The notes: a model not told the origin generated them from the sequence alone. Shown: positions 1 to 9,980, counted from the stretch's first letter. The stretch is 64,000 nt of DNA from Acidobacteriota bacterium (GCA_965263035.1 OZ253580.1:4352001-4416000), one strand, 5' to 3'. Program-made: numbers and translations.

Positions 1-1
1 T

Positions 2-1834
2 GCCGTACTGGAAACGCAGACCGGCAGGGAGGGGAGCGTTCAGGTCGACCTGCTGCCCGGCGCCGCTACCGCCCAGTCCGGCCTCCTTCCTAGCAAGGTC
101 ATGGTGAACTTTTCCCGGGTCACGCAGGTCTTCTCGGAGAACCGGGTCGTCTCCTTCCTGCGACCCATCCTCATCGCTCCCGAGACTCCCATGCGAGCCA
201 GGATGGAGGCGGCGTTCGACGATTACCGCAAACTCTTTCCGGCGGCCCTCTGCTACAACCAGATCGTGCCCGTGGACGAGGTTCTCACCATCAACCTCTT
301 CTATCGGGAGGATGACCATCTGGCCCGCCTGATGCTCGAGCCGGAGGAGGGAGCCCGGCTCGACCGGCTCTGGGTCGAGCTTCACTACGTGAGCCACAGC
401 GCGTTTCAGCGGGTCCTGGCCCTGGACCTGCTGATGGAGGCGTTTCAGGGGAACGGCCTGGATGATCGGTCTCAGCACGAGGCCGTGCTTCCGCTACGCC
501 GTCGCTACGACGGGGATGCCGCTGCCTTCCGCAAGCGTCTGCTCCGGAATGAGGCGATCCAGCTCGACGCCCTGGTCGAATTTTCCGCCCGGGTCTATCG
601 GCGTCCCCTGAGCGACGGGGAGCAGGACCGGCTGCGGGGACTCTATCGCCGGCTTCGCGACGAAGAGATGGACCACGAGGAGGCGTTTCGGCTGACACTG
701 GCCCGCATGCTGGTCTCGGCGCCTTTCCTGTATCGGCTGGAAGAGGCGCCGGCCGGTCCGGCCGGTCCGGTCTCCGATTGGGAGTTGGCAAACCGGTTGA
801 GCTATTTCCTCTGGTCGTCGCTTCCGGATCAGGAACTCCTCTCCCTGGCTGCCGCCGGGCGCCTGCGGGACCCCGAGATCCTTTCCCAACAGGCCCGGCG
901 CCTGCTCCAGGACCCTCGAGTGCGGCGTCTGGCCACCGAGTTCGCCTGCCAGTGGCTGCATATTCACGACTTCGACACCCTGGACGAGAAGAGCGAGAAG
1001 CACTTTCCCGAGTTCGCCGATCTGAGGTCGGACATGTACGAGGAGTCGATCCGGTTCTTCACCGATCTGTTTCGACGCGACGCCTCGCTGCTGAGTCTGC
1101 TGGATTCGGATCACACCTTCCTGAATCAGCGCCTGGCCCGCTTCTACGGAATCGAGGGAGTCGAGGGGGACGGCTGGCGCCGGGTCGACGGCGTCCGGTC
1201 GCAGGGCCGCGGCGGAATCCTGGGTTTCGCCACCACCCTGGCCCGGCAGTCGGGCGCCTCGCGCACGAGTCCGATTCTGCGGGGCAACTGGGTCAGCGAA
1301 GTCCTCCTGGGCGAGAGGCTCCCCCGGCCGCCCAAAGATGTGCCCCAGTTGCCCCCGGATGAGATCGCCACCGACGGTCTGACGGTGCGGCAGCTCGTGG
1401 CGCGTCACACCAGCGACCCCCAGTGTTCCGGCTGTCACCTGAAGATCGATCCCTTCGGATTCGCCCTGGAGGGATATGACGCCATCGGACGCCGCCGCCA
1501 GCACGATCTCGGCGGGCGCGTCATCGATACTCGGACCACGCTTCCGGACGGGACGGAAATCGACGGCTTGACCGGGCTCAGGGACTACTTGGTCGAGAAG
1601 CGGCGGGACGCCATCTTCCGCCAGTTCTACCGCAAGCTCCTGGGCTACGCCATCGCCCGGGAGGTGCAGCTCTCGGACCAGCCGCTCCTGAACGAGATGC
1701 AAGACCAGCTGGAGAAGAACGGGTACCGCTTCTCGGTCGCCATCGACATGATCGTCCGGAGCCGGCAGTTCCGGGAGATCCGGGGCCGGGAGATGCAACT
1801 GGCTCGGTCGCCGGCAGCGAGAAACGTGGATTGA
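2..1834 (+). CDS. DUF1592/DUF1588/DUF1585 (PSD/PSCyt3) cytochrome c-type protein, 5' truncated by window edge
   Basis: Frame open from base 2; motifs ELANRLSYFLWSSLPD, TSPILRGNWV, CSGCH (CxxCH), IDPFGFALEGYDAIGR. Confidence 0.9.
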   Translation, partial: AVLETQTGREGSVQVDLLPGAATAQSGLLPSKVMVNFSRVTQVFSENRVVSFLRPILIAPETPMRARMEAAFDDYRKLFPAALCYNQIVPVDEVLTINLFYREDDHLARLMLEPEEGARLDRLWVELHYVSHSAFQRVLALDLLMEAFQGNGLDDRSQHEAVLPLRRRYDGDAAAFRKRLLRNEAIQLDALVEFSARVYRRPLSDGEQDRLRGLYRRLRDEEMDHEEAFRLTLARMLVSAPFLYRLEEAPAGPAGPVSDWELANRLSYFLWSSLPDQELLSLAAAGRLRDPEILSQQARRLLQDPRVRRLATEFACQWLHIHDFDTLDEKSEKHFPEFADLRSDMYEESIRFFTDLFRRDASLLSLLDSDHTFLNQRLARFYGIEGVEGDGWRRVDGVRSQGRGGILGFATTLARQSGASRTSPILRGNWVSEVLLGERLPRPPKDVPQLPPDEIATDGLTVRQLVARHTSDPQCSGCHLKIDPFGFALEGYDAIGRRRQHDLGGRVIDTRTTLPDGTEIDGLTGLRDYLVEKRRDAIFRQFYRKLLGYAIAREVQLSDQPLLNEMQDQLEKNGYRFSVAIDMIVRSRQFREIRGREMQLARSPAARNVD

Positions 1835-1844
1835 GGGGGACATA

Positions 1845-2005
1845 GGAGCCTGTGCGGTAGAAATCGATCTACTGCGAAAGCCGTAGAATCGGTCCATATT
1901 TCCCCGATTTCTCGGCGAATAGAACAACTATGCACCTCCAAATCGACAAAATCTGGCCTCGATTCCCCACTTTCTCGCTACGATCATTTCTACCGCGCAG
2001 ACTCC
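1845..2005 (+). mobile_element. MITE-like element family A, copy 1 (161 bp)
   Basis: Terminal inverted repeats GGAGCCTGTGCGGTAGAAAT / ATTTCTACCGCGCAGACTCC; closely similar copies at 10535 and 17882. Confidence 0.85.
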
Positions 2006-2091
2006 AAGGAAGATTGGATGGAGGGCCTGGGCCGCCCGGTGGCATGAGATGCCGGTCGAATCCCGCGACGGAAAATTTCCGCGGGTCCCTA

Positions 2092-2100
2092 TGCTAAAAT
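2092..2100 (+). promoter_or_regulatory. putative extended -10 promoter for the DUF1552 gene
   Basis: TGcTAAAAT about 40 nt upstream of ATG 2141. Confidence 0.4.
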
Positions 2101-2140
2101 TGGGAACAGGACCCTCGGACCTGGACCAATGAGGCGCATC

Positions 2141-3445
2141 ATGAAGATTCAGCAATACTCTCGTCGGACGTTCCTGTGTGGCGCTGGCGTCACCATGGCG
2201 TTGCCCTGGATGGAGTCGCTTCCCGTCTGGGGCGCCTCCACCAAGGCGGCCGTCAACGGAGGAAGCCAGGCGCCGTTGCGCTTCGCAGTTCTGTTCTCCG
2301 GCAACGGTTTTCACACCAAGGAGTGGTGGGCCGAAGGTGAAGGATCGCAGATGCGGCTGGGCCGCGTGCTGGAGCCGCTGAACGACTTCCGCGAGAAGCT
2401 GACCTTCATCCGGGGCCTCTACAACGAAGAAGCCCTCAAGGGGAACATCCACAGTTCCCAGACCGGCAACATGCTGTCAGGAGCGCCTTTGGCATCGGGA
2501 GGGGAAATCCGGTCCGGGACCAGCGTGGATCAGGTCATCGCCCAACGCTATGGACGGTCGACCAAGGTACCGAGTCTGGTCCTGGGTTGCGAACGGTCCA
2601 ATCCGGGGATCCACAAGAACTACTCCATGCTCTACAGCTCCCACATCTCGTGGAGCTCGCCCACGGCTCCCACGCCGCTGGAGCTCTATCCGGCCCTGGC
2701 CTTCGATCGATTGTTCAACGACGAAGCCGAGCGCGGCGACCGGAGCGTGCTGGATGCCGTGCTGGAAGAGGCCCATTCCTTCCGGCGGTCCATCAGTTCG
2801 GGGGACCAGCACAAACTGGACGAGTACCTCAACTCGGTTCGGGAGGTAGAGCAGCGCATCGAGCGGTCCGGCCATAAGGGCGAGTTGCAAGGCTGGCGGC
2901 CGACCCTGGACAAGCCCAACATCCCGCGCCCGCCGGACGGCATCCCACAGGACCTGCAAGAGCACATGCGGCTCATGTGCGACATCCTGGTGCTGGGATT
3001 CCAGACCGACGCCACCCGGGTCTGCACCCTCAAGCTCAACAACGACCACAGCTACCTCTTGTTTCGCCACCTTGGCGTAGACGTGGGCCACCACGAGCTG
3101 TCGCACCGCGACAACGAGAAGTGGCTCCGCGTGAATCAGTTCTTTCTGGAGCAGTACGGCTACATCGCCCGGAAGCTGGACCGGATCCAGGAGGGAGAGC
3201 GGACGGCGCTGGACAACTCGGTGCTCATGTACTGCTCGAGCATGCTCACGGGGCGGCACGAGGCCACGAAGTTGCCGGTGGTGCTCCTGGGCGGCGGTGG
3301 CGGCCAGATTCAGGGGGGACGGATCCTGGACTACCGGGAGCGGCCCAACCGGAAGATGTGCAGCCTGTACCTGTCGTTGCTCGACAAGTTCGACGTCCAC
3401 CTGGAACGATTCGGCGACTCGGACCAGCGCTTGACGGAGATCTGA
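2141..3445 (+). CDS. DUF1552 (HXXSHH) protein with Tat signal
   Basis: SRRTFL-GAGVTMALPWMESL N-terminus; LDEYLNSVREVE and HHELSH motifs; canonical partner of the DUF1592 gene; GAGG before ATG 2141. Confidence 0.9.
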   Translation: MKIQQYSRRTFLCGAGVTMALPWMESLPVWGASTKAAVNGGSQAPLRFAVLFSGNGFHTKEWWAEGEGSQMRLGRVLEPLNDFREKLTFIRGLYNEEALKGNIHSSQTGNMLSGAPLASGGEIRSGTSVDQVIAQRYGRSTKVPSLVLGCERSNPGIHKNYSMLYSSHISWSSPTAPTPLELYPALAFDRLFNDEAERGDRSVLDAVLEEAHSFRRSISSGDQHKLDEYLNSVREVEQRIERSGHKGELQGWRPTLDKPNIPRPPDGIPQDLQEHMRLMCDILVLGFQTDATRVCTLKLNNDHSYLLFRHLGVDVGHHELSHRDNEKWLRVNQFFLEQYGYIARKLDRIQEGERTALDNSVLMYCSSMLTGRHEATKLPVVLLGGGGGQIQGGRILDYRERPNRKMCSLYLSLLDKFDVHLERFGDSDQRLTEI

Positions 3446-3561
3446 TCCGTCGGGCTCTCTACGGTCGGATTCCGGGCTTCGCAATTCGAATACTCACGGC
3501 TTCGCCAGCTTCTTTCGCGGTTTGCTCGGGAGAAACGTTAAAGGAATTGTGGGTCGATGTG

Positions 3562-3864
3562 ATGAGTAGCGAATTGATCGGCATTTTGGGGGTCGGTGTG
3601 GCTTTGGCCGGCTTGGTTGTGACCGGCCTTCGGGGCTTCGAAAAGCGTTTGGGTGCACGCATCGATTCGTTGGAGCGGCGAGTGGATGCCGTCGAGTCGA
3701 AGTTGGAAGACGGGCTAAGTGCCCTCGAAACGAAATTGGAAGGCCGGCTGGATCTGATCGACAATCGACTGGGTGCGGTGGAACGGGGGCTGGCAAAGCT
3801 CGAAGGGCTCATGGAAGGAATGCGTGACGCCATGTTCGGGACGCGCCGTGCCGCCAACTCGTAG
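3562..3864 (+). CDS. small protein with an N-terminal TM helix and a coiled coil (100 aa)
   Basis: MSSELIGILGVGVALAGLVV followed by heptads (RIDSLERRVDAVESKLE...RLGAVERGLAKLEG); 3' part of ORF 2977..3864. Confidence 0.75.
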   Translation: MSSELIGILGVGVALAGLVVTGLRGFEKRLGARIDSLERRVDAVESKLEDGLSALETKLEGRLDLIDNRLGAVERGLAKLEGLMEGMRDAMFGTRRAANS

Positions 3865-3967
3865 CAGCCCCGGGTAAATTCGGTCGACTATCGATCGATC
3901 GCAGCCTGGATTTGTGGAGGGTCGAAGGGAACCCGCAAAGGGACCTCCGTTCTCGATACCACTCCTC

Positions 3968-5155
3968 TCAGACCGCTGCTTTCAGGATCTCGGCGATTCG
4001 CCGGCCCACGATCTTGGCCTCTCCCGGCTGCAGGGTCCACACCAGTATTTCCAGTTCCTCCTTCTCCCAGGGACGGGCTTCGATGGCAGGCTCGCCGTCG
4101 CGGAGTTGCTCGATGACCTGGTCCCGGTGGATCCGGACCCGGGAGCGGTCCCATCCGATGTGCAATTGAGGCGAACGGTTGGCGATGGGGGGGACGAACC
4201 TTTCGGCCCGGACTCCCCGAATTTTCTCGACTCGGTTGGCGATGGTCTCGACCTGCCGCTCCCACCCTTGCCAGTCATTCTCGTGATCGAGCTGGAAATA
4301 GGTCTCCACCGCCACCATCATGGCCAACATCTCTTCCTTGTTGACCTTCATGCCCCGGCCGATGGTGTTGGCGTGCGGCAAGCCGTTGCGCCTGGCGGCT
4401 GCGATCAGATTCTTGCGGCCCAACAGCAGCCCGGTGCTCTGAGGACCGCGCATGGCCTTGCCTCCGGAGAAGGTGACCAGGTCGAACCCCATCCGGATGT
4501 ATTTGGTGAGGTTCTCGACGGGCGGGACATCGGCCGCGCAATCGATGAAGGTGGGGATCCCCAGTTTCTTTCCCAGCCCGGCGAACTCGGCCGCTTGGAT
4601 GTCGCCCTTCTCGTCGGCCAGGTTCAGAAACAGCATCATGGCGGTCTGCGAGCCGGCGGCTGCCAGCAGCTCATCCGCCGTCTCCACCTCCACCAACCGG
4701 ACCCCGCAGTTTCGCACGGCGTGGTCGTAGCTGAATCGATGTGATTTCTGGATCATGACTTCGTCGCGCATTCCGGTGGTGTCCGGGAGTCGGCGAATGA
4801 ACTCCTCGTTGGATCCCGTCATGCAGGCGGCCGTCCCCAGCGTCAGGGCGGAGGCGGCGCCGGCGCTGACCAGGGCGGCCTCCGAGCCGACCAGGGTGGC
4901 GATCCTGCTGCCGACGGCGTCGTGGAGCTGGTCCAGATTGACGAACTTCCGGGTGGCGTATTCCCAGGCATGAATCGCCTCGGGCCGCATCAAGCTGCCG
5001 GACAGGGCCGTGGAGGTTCCCGCCGCGTTGATGATGGGGCGGATTCCAAGTTCGGAAAAATAGTCTCGATTGTTCAACCTGCCGAACAACGGCCGGAAGT
5101 TGGCCAATAGGGGCGAGGTGGACAAAAGGGTCAGGAACCATCTCCGGTTGAACAT
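3968..5155 (-). CDS. SelA-like/DgaE-family PLP-dependent enzyme with Tat signal
   Basis: INAAGTSTALSGS, DCAA, FSGGK (PLP Lys) and RGMKVNKEE motifs; NRRWFL N-terminus; GGAGGAG SD. Confidence 0.85.
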   Translation of the reverse strand: MFNRRWFLTLLSTSPLLANFRPLFGRLNNRDYFSELGIRPIINAAGTSTALSGSLMRPEAIHAWEYATRKFVNLDQLHDAVGSRIATLVGSEAALVSAGAASALTLGTAACMTGSNEEFIRRLPDTTGMRDEVMIQKSHRFSYDHAVRNCGVRLVEVETADELLAAAGSQTAMMLFLNLADEKGDIQAAEFAGLGKKLGIPTFIDCAADVPPVENLTKYIRMGFDLVTFSGGKAMRGPQSTGLLLGRKNLIAAARRNGLPHANTIGRGMKVNKEEMLAMMVAVETYFQLDHENDWQGWERQVETIANRVEKIRGVRAERFVPPIANRSPQLHIGWDRSRVRIHRDQVIEQLRDGEPAIEARPWEKEELEILVWTLQPGEAKIVGRRIAEILKAAV

Positions 5156-5274
5156 GGGCCGGTCTCCTCCAAAGGCGGGTTCATGGGAATCGCGCTGACC
5201 TGAGATTACGCCGCCGCCGGGCATGCTGGCAAGCGGGGGTGGAGGGGAGACGGAAGCCAGAAGAGACGATGACC

Positions 5275-6435
5275 CTACGGTGCCTCGCTCCCGGGAACGA
5301 TGGTGGCTTTGACGCAGCGCATCCCGGAGGCGGCTTCCGTGGCCGCCATGATCCCCTCCCGGCTGAATGGAAAAAGAACCTGCATGGCCTCCCACGGATA
5401 CCGGTCCAGACACCGCTCCAGCATCCGGATTCCCAGTGGAATGTCGTTGGCCGTGAAGGCCCAGCTCCCCAATATGGTGATGTCCTTGGAGCAGATGCGG
5501 TGCCAGTTGGTCTCGATGGAGCCGGCATCGGTGAACTGGCCCATCTCGACGTAGGTGCCCCCGTCTCGAAGCATCTCGATGCCCTCCGGACCCGCCGACG
5601 GGTGCCCGCTGGCCTCCACCACCAGATCGGCTCCGAATTTTCCCACCAGCGCACGGACGGATTCGATTCGGGATCGAGGCTCCGGATGATCTTCCAACGA
5701 AACGGTAGCGGCGGCGCCGAAGCGGCGGCAGAGGGCAAGCCGGGGTTTCTCGGGCGCACCGACCACCACTACCCGTCCGGCGCCCATCTCCTGAGCGGCC
5801 ACCAGGCAGAGCAGGCCGATGGGACCCGATCCCTGGATGACCACCGTGTCGCCCGATCGAAATCCGCCCGCCGAGACGGCCCGGTTCAGGGCCCGGACGC
5901 AACAGGTGAGAGGCTCCGACAGAGTGCCCCGCAACGAAGACATCTCCTCGGGCAGGCGGTAGATCTTGGTGGCCGGGAACATCTCCAGGTCGACGTAGAC
6001 CATCTCGGCCCAACCTCCCCAGAGATGAGGAGGCTTCTCGAAGGGGATGTAGCGTCCGTAATAGGTGGGTTGGAGACACTTGTTGGCCTGGTTCGGATAG
6101 TGAACGCAGTAGTAACACTCCCCGCAAGGCATCAACGGCGGGAGCATGACCCGGGCCCCCACTTCCAAGGGCTCTCCCATGAAGTCCGAATCGAGTTCCG
6201 GCCCGATCTCCTCGATCACGCCGGCCAATTCGTGCCCCAGTGTCAGGGGCCAGGGGAGAGGCCTGGGCCAATGACCCTTCAATATGTGCAGGTCGGTGCC
6301 GCAGACGCCGCAGGCCTCGATCCGGATGAGCGCCGCCTTGCGGGGCGTCGCCGGTCTCGGGACCGTGCGGATACGGGGAGGCGTTCCGGGTCCGTCAAAG
6401 GTCGCCACCTGAATCCCCCTCATTTCGGGCGCCAT
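5275..6435 (-). CDS. zinc-binding alcohol/sugar-alcohol dehydrogenase (MDR family)
   Basis: CGVCGTD, GHE, CGECYYC...C structural Zn site, GSGPIG. Confidence 0.9.
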   Translation of the reverse strand: MAPEMRGIQVATFDGPGTPPRIRTVPRPATPRKAALIRIEACGVCGTDLHILKGHWPRPLPWPLTLGHELAGVIEEIGPELDSDFMGEPLEVGARVMLPPLMPCGECYYCVHYPNQANKCLQPTYYGRYIPFEKPPHLWGGWAEMVYVDLEMFPATKIYRLPEEMSSLRGTLSEPLTCCVRALNRAVSAGGFRSGDTVVIQGSGPIGLLCLVAAQEMGAGRVVVVGAPEKPRLALCRRFGAAATVSLEDHPEPRSRIESVRALVGKFGADLVVEASGHPSAGPEGIEMLRDGGTYVEMGQFTDAGSIETNWHRICSKDITILGSWAFTANDIPLGIRMLERCLDRYPWEAMQVLFPFSREGIMAATEAASGMRCVKATIVPGSEAP

Positions 6436-6517
6436 TATGTCGCCGCCGGACGCGGCCGGCAAATGACCGGTTCCCCGAAACTGGTGCGAGAGAACACCCT
6501 GCCGGGATGGGGTTGAG

Positions 6518-6543
6518 GCCGTGGCGACTTTCGCCAGGGGCTG
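6518..6543 (-). repeat. eroded end of MITE family B
   Basis: GCCGTGGCGACTTTCGCCAGGGGCTG matches GCCGTGACGACTTTTGCCACGGGCTG (22137-22162) at 23/26. Confidence 0.6.
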
Positions 6544-6613
6544 GTAGGCTGTAGCTTGAATGTCCGGGTCCGTGGATTCGGCGTGATGCGCTTCACGGAA
6601 AGGAAATCGAGGC

Positions 6614-7774
6614 ATGGATCGCAGACAGTTTCTCAAGGAGGCCGCCTTCACCACCAGCGGCGGATGGTTGGGATTGGAAGCCGCCCGGGGCCTCCAGTCC
6701 GGGACGGCCGCGGCGGAATCCTCCCCGGAGTCCATCCGAGTCGGAATCATCACGGAGCCGGGAGGTCAGCACCTGAGTTGGTTCACCCGGGCTCTGGGTG
6801 TCCTGGACGGAGTCGAGATGGTCGCCGCCGCCGACGAGTCGGGCGGCTTCTTCGAAAAGGGTCGAGAGTACCTGGGACCTCGGGCCTCCGAATTCCAGAC
6901 TTTCAAGGATTATCGCCAGCTGATCGGGGAGGTTCGTCCCCATCTCGTGCTGCTGGCTCTGGAGCCGGTGCATACTCCGCCCGTAGTGGAGGCGGTCCTT
7001 CAGGGGGGAGCCCACGTGCTGACGGACAAGCCCGGCTGTGTGCGCCTGGCCGATTTCGAGCAGGTGGCCCGCTTGGCCCAGTCCAAGAATCTGGAGTTGA
7101 TGCTGGGCCTCACGAACCGGACCAGTCCTCCGGCCCGCAAGGCCCGGGAGCTCGTGGAATCGGGTCTGCTCGGAAAGCTCTACGGGACGTCGGTGCATCT
7201 GGTGGCGGATCACACCCGTTTGACCAGGCCCTCATACTGGACCCAATGGGTGGCGTCCCGGGAGCGGGCTGGAGGCGGGAAGCTCATCTACCATGGGATC
7301 CATTATCTGGACCTGGTCCATTACATCGCCGGAGACACCATCACCGAGGTCGCCGGCTTCGCCGAGAAGGTCGGCGACCAGCCGGTCGATCTGGAAGATT
7401 CGGCCGTCCTGGCCTATCGGATGAGTCAGGGAACGGTGGGGACTCTGAACACGGGGTACTTTCTGCCCAAGGGATACAGCACTCTGGTCAAGTTCTGGGG
7501 GTCCCAGGGTTGGCTTCGCTTCGATTTGGCCGGCGGCCCTCCCATGACCTGGTATTCGACACATCCGGAGGCTCCCGGCAAGGCCCAATCCTTCTATTAC
7601 TCCCGGGAACCGAACACCTACACTCTGATGATGGAAGAGGCGGTGAATGCCGCTCGCGGCCTGGGTCCCTTTCCCATCACCACTCGGGAGAGCTTGAATT
7701 CGCTGAGGGTGGTCTTCGCCGCCTACGATGCGGCTCGCGAGGAGGCCAGTCAGACGGTGGCCTATTCCGGATAG
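6614..7774 (+). CDS. Gfo/Idh/MocA oxidoreductase, Tat-exported, atypical subfamily
   Basis: MDRRQFLK; HVLTDKP; GGGKLIYHGIHYLD. Confidence 0.88.
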   Translation: MDRRQFLKEAAFTTSGGWLGLEAARGLQSGTAAAESSPESIRVGIITEPGGQHLSWFTRALGVLDGVEMVAAADESGGFFEKGREYLGPRASEFQTFKDYRQLIGEVRPHLVLLALEPVHTPPVVEAVLQGGAHVLTDKPGCVRLADFEQVARLAQSKNLELMLGLTNRTSPPARKARELVESGLLGKLYGTSVHLVADHTRLTRPSYWTQWVASRERAGGGKLIYHGIHYLDLVHYIAGDTITEVAGFAEKVGDQPVDLEDSAVLAYRMSQGTVGTLNTGYFLPKGYSTLVKFWGSQGWLRFDLAGGPPMTWYSTHPEAPGKAQSFYYSREPNTYTLMMEEAVNAARGLGPFPITTRESLNSLRVVFAAYDAAREEASQTVAYSG

Positions 7775-7806
7775 CGGCGATCGAAGAGGTCGAGGAGAAG
7801 AGGACG

Positions 7807-8820
7807 ATGGTGAAGATCCCCAAAGTCGGGTGGGGCATCATAGGCGCCGGAGATATCGCGCACCGGGTGATGGCGCCGGCCATGCGGGAGTGTCCTCACA
7901 GCGAACTGGTGGCGGTGACCCGGACGACCCTTCAGGGAGCCGAAGAATTCGCCCGCTTGCACGGCGCCAAACGCGGCTACGACAACCTGGAGGATCTGCT
8001 GGCCGATTCCGAAGTCCAAGCCGTCTACGTGGCGACTCCCGTGGCCCGCCATCTGCCGGATACGCTGGCCGCCGCTGCCGCGGGACGGCATGTCCTGTGC
8101 GAGAAGCCGCTGGCATTGAACGTTGCGGAAGGCGAGGAAATGGAGGCAGCCTGCCGCCGGGCCGGGATCACCTTCATGACCTGCTACTACCAGCGCTTCA
8201 ACGCCCGGCATCGCAAGCTGAAGGAGTTGCTGGACGCGGGCGCCATCGGGCAGGTCACCTCGGCGCGGGTCAACTTCTCGGGCCGGAGCCTGATCGACCG
8301 GGAAGCGTGGCGCCAGGACCCGGTATTGGGTGGGGGCGGACCCTACATGGATATGGGGACCCATGCCGTCGACCTGCTGCGCTTCTTCCTGGGCGACGTG
8401 GCCGCGGTCGCCGCCTTCACCGATGTCCTGGCCGGCGACTATGCCGTGGAAGATACGGCCAGCTCGTTACTGCGCATGAGCAACGGCGCCCAGGCGGTCG
8501 TCACCTCTCACTGGAGCAGCGGGGACCCGGACGAGGACCGCACGTCCATGATCGAGATCCTGGGAACGGAAGGAATCCTTCAGTCCTCGCCCCTGCATGA
8601 GAAGTTTTCCCGGGGACGATTGTTGTTGGCCACCCGCCAGGGTGAAGAGAGGTTCGAGTTCGAGGAGAGTACTCACGTCCAGGTTCTCAGCGAGTTCGCG
8701 GCGGCTCTGGCCGAGGGCCGCGACCCGGCCATCACCATCCAGGACGGACTGGCCGCTCAGAGGGTCGTGGAATCGGTCTATGCCTCGTCCCGGAGTGGCC
8801 GGGCGATCCAGCTGAATTAG
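7807..8820 (+). CDS. Gfo/Idh/MocA oxidoreductase
   Basis: GIIGAGDIA, HVLCEKP, GGGPYMDMGTHAVD. Confidence 0.9.
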   Translation: MVKIPKVGWGIIGAGDIAHRVMAPAMRECPHSELVAVTRTTLQGAEEFARLHGAKRGYDNLEDLLADSEVQAVYVATPVARHLPDTLAAAAAGRHVLCEKPLALNVAEGEEMEAACRRAGITFMTCYYQRFNARHRKLKELLDAGAIGQVTSARVNFSGRSLIDREAWRQDPVLGGGGPYMDMGTHAVDLLRFFLGDVAAVAAFTDVLAGDYAVEDTASSLLRMSNGAQAVVTSHWSSGDPDEDRTSMIEILGTEGILQSSPLHEKFSRGRLLLATRQGEERFEFEESTHVQVLSEFAAALAEGRDPAITIQDGLAAQRVVESVYASSRSGRAIQLN

Positions 8821-8844
8821 AGGACACTCAGAGGAGATATCGTC

Positions 8845-9891
8845 ATGTCCGAAGACATCCGCGTCGGCATCATCACCAAGCACCGGGGACCCCACCTGAG
8901 CTACTACATGAGGTCGTTCGCCACTTGCCAGGGAGTAAAGCAGGTAGCCATCGCCGACTCCACCGGGCGTCACTTCGAAGCCGCCGGGGAGATCCTCAAG
9001 GGGCGCTATCCCGACCTCAAGACCTACCGGAACTACCGGAGAATGCTGGCGGCCGAGAAGCCGCAGCTGGTGCTGGTGACCATGGAGGCGCACATGGCGC
9101 CCAAGCGAATCCAGGCCGCTCTGGAGTCGGGCGCCCACGTCGTGTGCGAGAAACCGTCCTGTGTCCGGGTCGAGGATTTCCAGAAGCTGGCCGATCTGGC
9201 GACGTCCCGGAACCTGTGTCTGATGCTGGCCATGGCCAATCGGTTCTCTCCCCCGGTCCAGAAGGCCAAGGAACTGGTTCAGGCCGGCAGGCTGGGCAAG
9301 CTCTACAGTACCGACGTCTACATGGTGGCGGACCAAACCCGATTGACCCGCCCCAGTACCCAGAATTCCTGGGTCTCCAAGAAGGCCCTTTCCGGCGGCG
9401 GTCACTTGATCTGGCTGGGAATCCACTGGCTCGACCTGGTGCAATACATCACCGGGGATCGGGTGCACAAGGTGGGCGGCTTCATCAGCAACGTGGGGGG
9501 ACAGCCGGTGGACATCGAAGATGCCGCAGTGCTCAGCCTCCTCTACAAGAGCGGCATGGTGGGCACCATGCACTCGGGCTACTATCTGGACCGCGGATAC
9601 CACAGCCACGTGGCCATTTGGGGCGAGAAGGGCTGGCTTCGATTCGACCTGACCGCTCAACAGCCGCTGGAATGGCACTCGACCCTCGAGGGAATGCCTC
9701 AGGGGATCCAGACTTTCTCGTACAGCCGGGGGACGAACTTCTATCTGGGGATCATCCAGGCTGCGGTAGATTGTGCCCGGGGTCCGGGGGATTCCGGAAA
9801 GAGCGCCGAAGAGAGCCTGGGCGTTCTCAAGACCATCTTCGGCCTCTACCGGGCGGCGAAGACGGGTCGGACCCAGACTTTGGGCTCATAG
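8845..9891 (+). CDS. Gfo/Idh/MocA oxidoreductase, paralog of 6614 and 61178
   Basis: GIITKHRGPHL, CEKP, DQTRLTRP, GGGHLIWLGIHWLD; AGGAG SD. Confidence 0.88.
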   Translation: MSEDIRVGIITKHRGPHLSYYMRSFATCQGVKQVAIADSTGRHFEAAGEILKGRYPDLKTYRNYRRMLAAEKPQLVLVTMEAHMAPKRIQAALESGAHVVCEKPSCVRVEDFQKLADLATSRNLCLMLAMANRFSPPVQKAKELVQAGRLGKLYSTDVYMVADQTRLTRPSTQNSWVSKKALSGGGHLIWLGIHWLDLVQYITGDRVHKVGGFISNVGGQPVDIEDAAVLSLLYKSGMVGTMHSGYYLDRGYHSHVAIWGEKGWLRFDLTAQQPLEWHSTLEGMPQGIQTFSYSRGTNFYLGIIQAAVDCARGPGDSGKSAEESLGVLKTIFGLYRAAKTGRTQTLGS

Positions 9892-9980
9892 CCGGCACGA
9901 TTCCCGCGTCGGGCGTCCCCGCGGCCGCCGACTCATGATCCCGGAGACTCCGTTCGGTTCATTTTGACGGAGAACGCACC

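Noticed and set aside
3862-3905. Further family B end after the coiled-coil gene (TAGCAGCCCC...)
   Set aside because: Similarity beyond ~9 nt is too weak to support by eye
3968-5155. True selenocysteine synthase selA
   Set aside because: Lacks the SelA N-terminal domain, has a Tat leader, and no selB/selC/selD or in-frame TGA genes are seen
6556-8820. 754-aa fusion ORF or programmed frameshift joining two Gfo genes
   Set aside because: The 5' half is an off-frame shadow of 6614-7774; the second gene has its own SD and ATG at 7807
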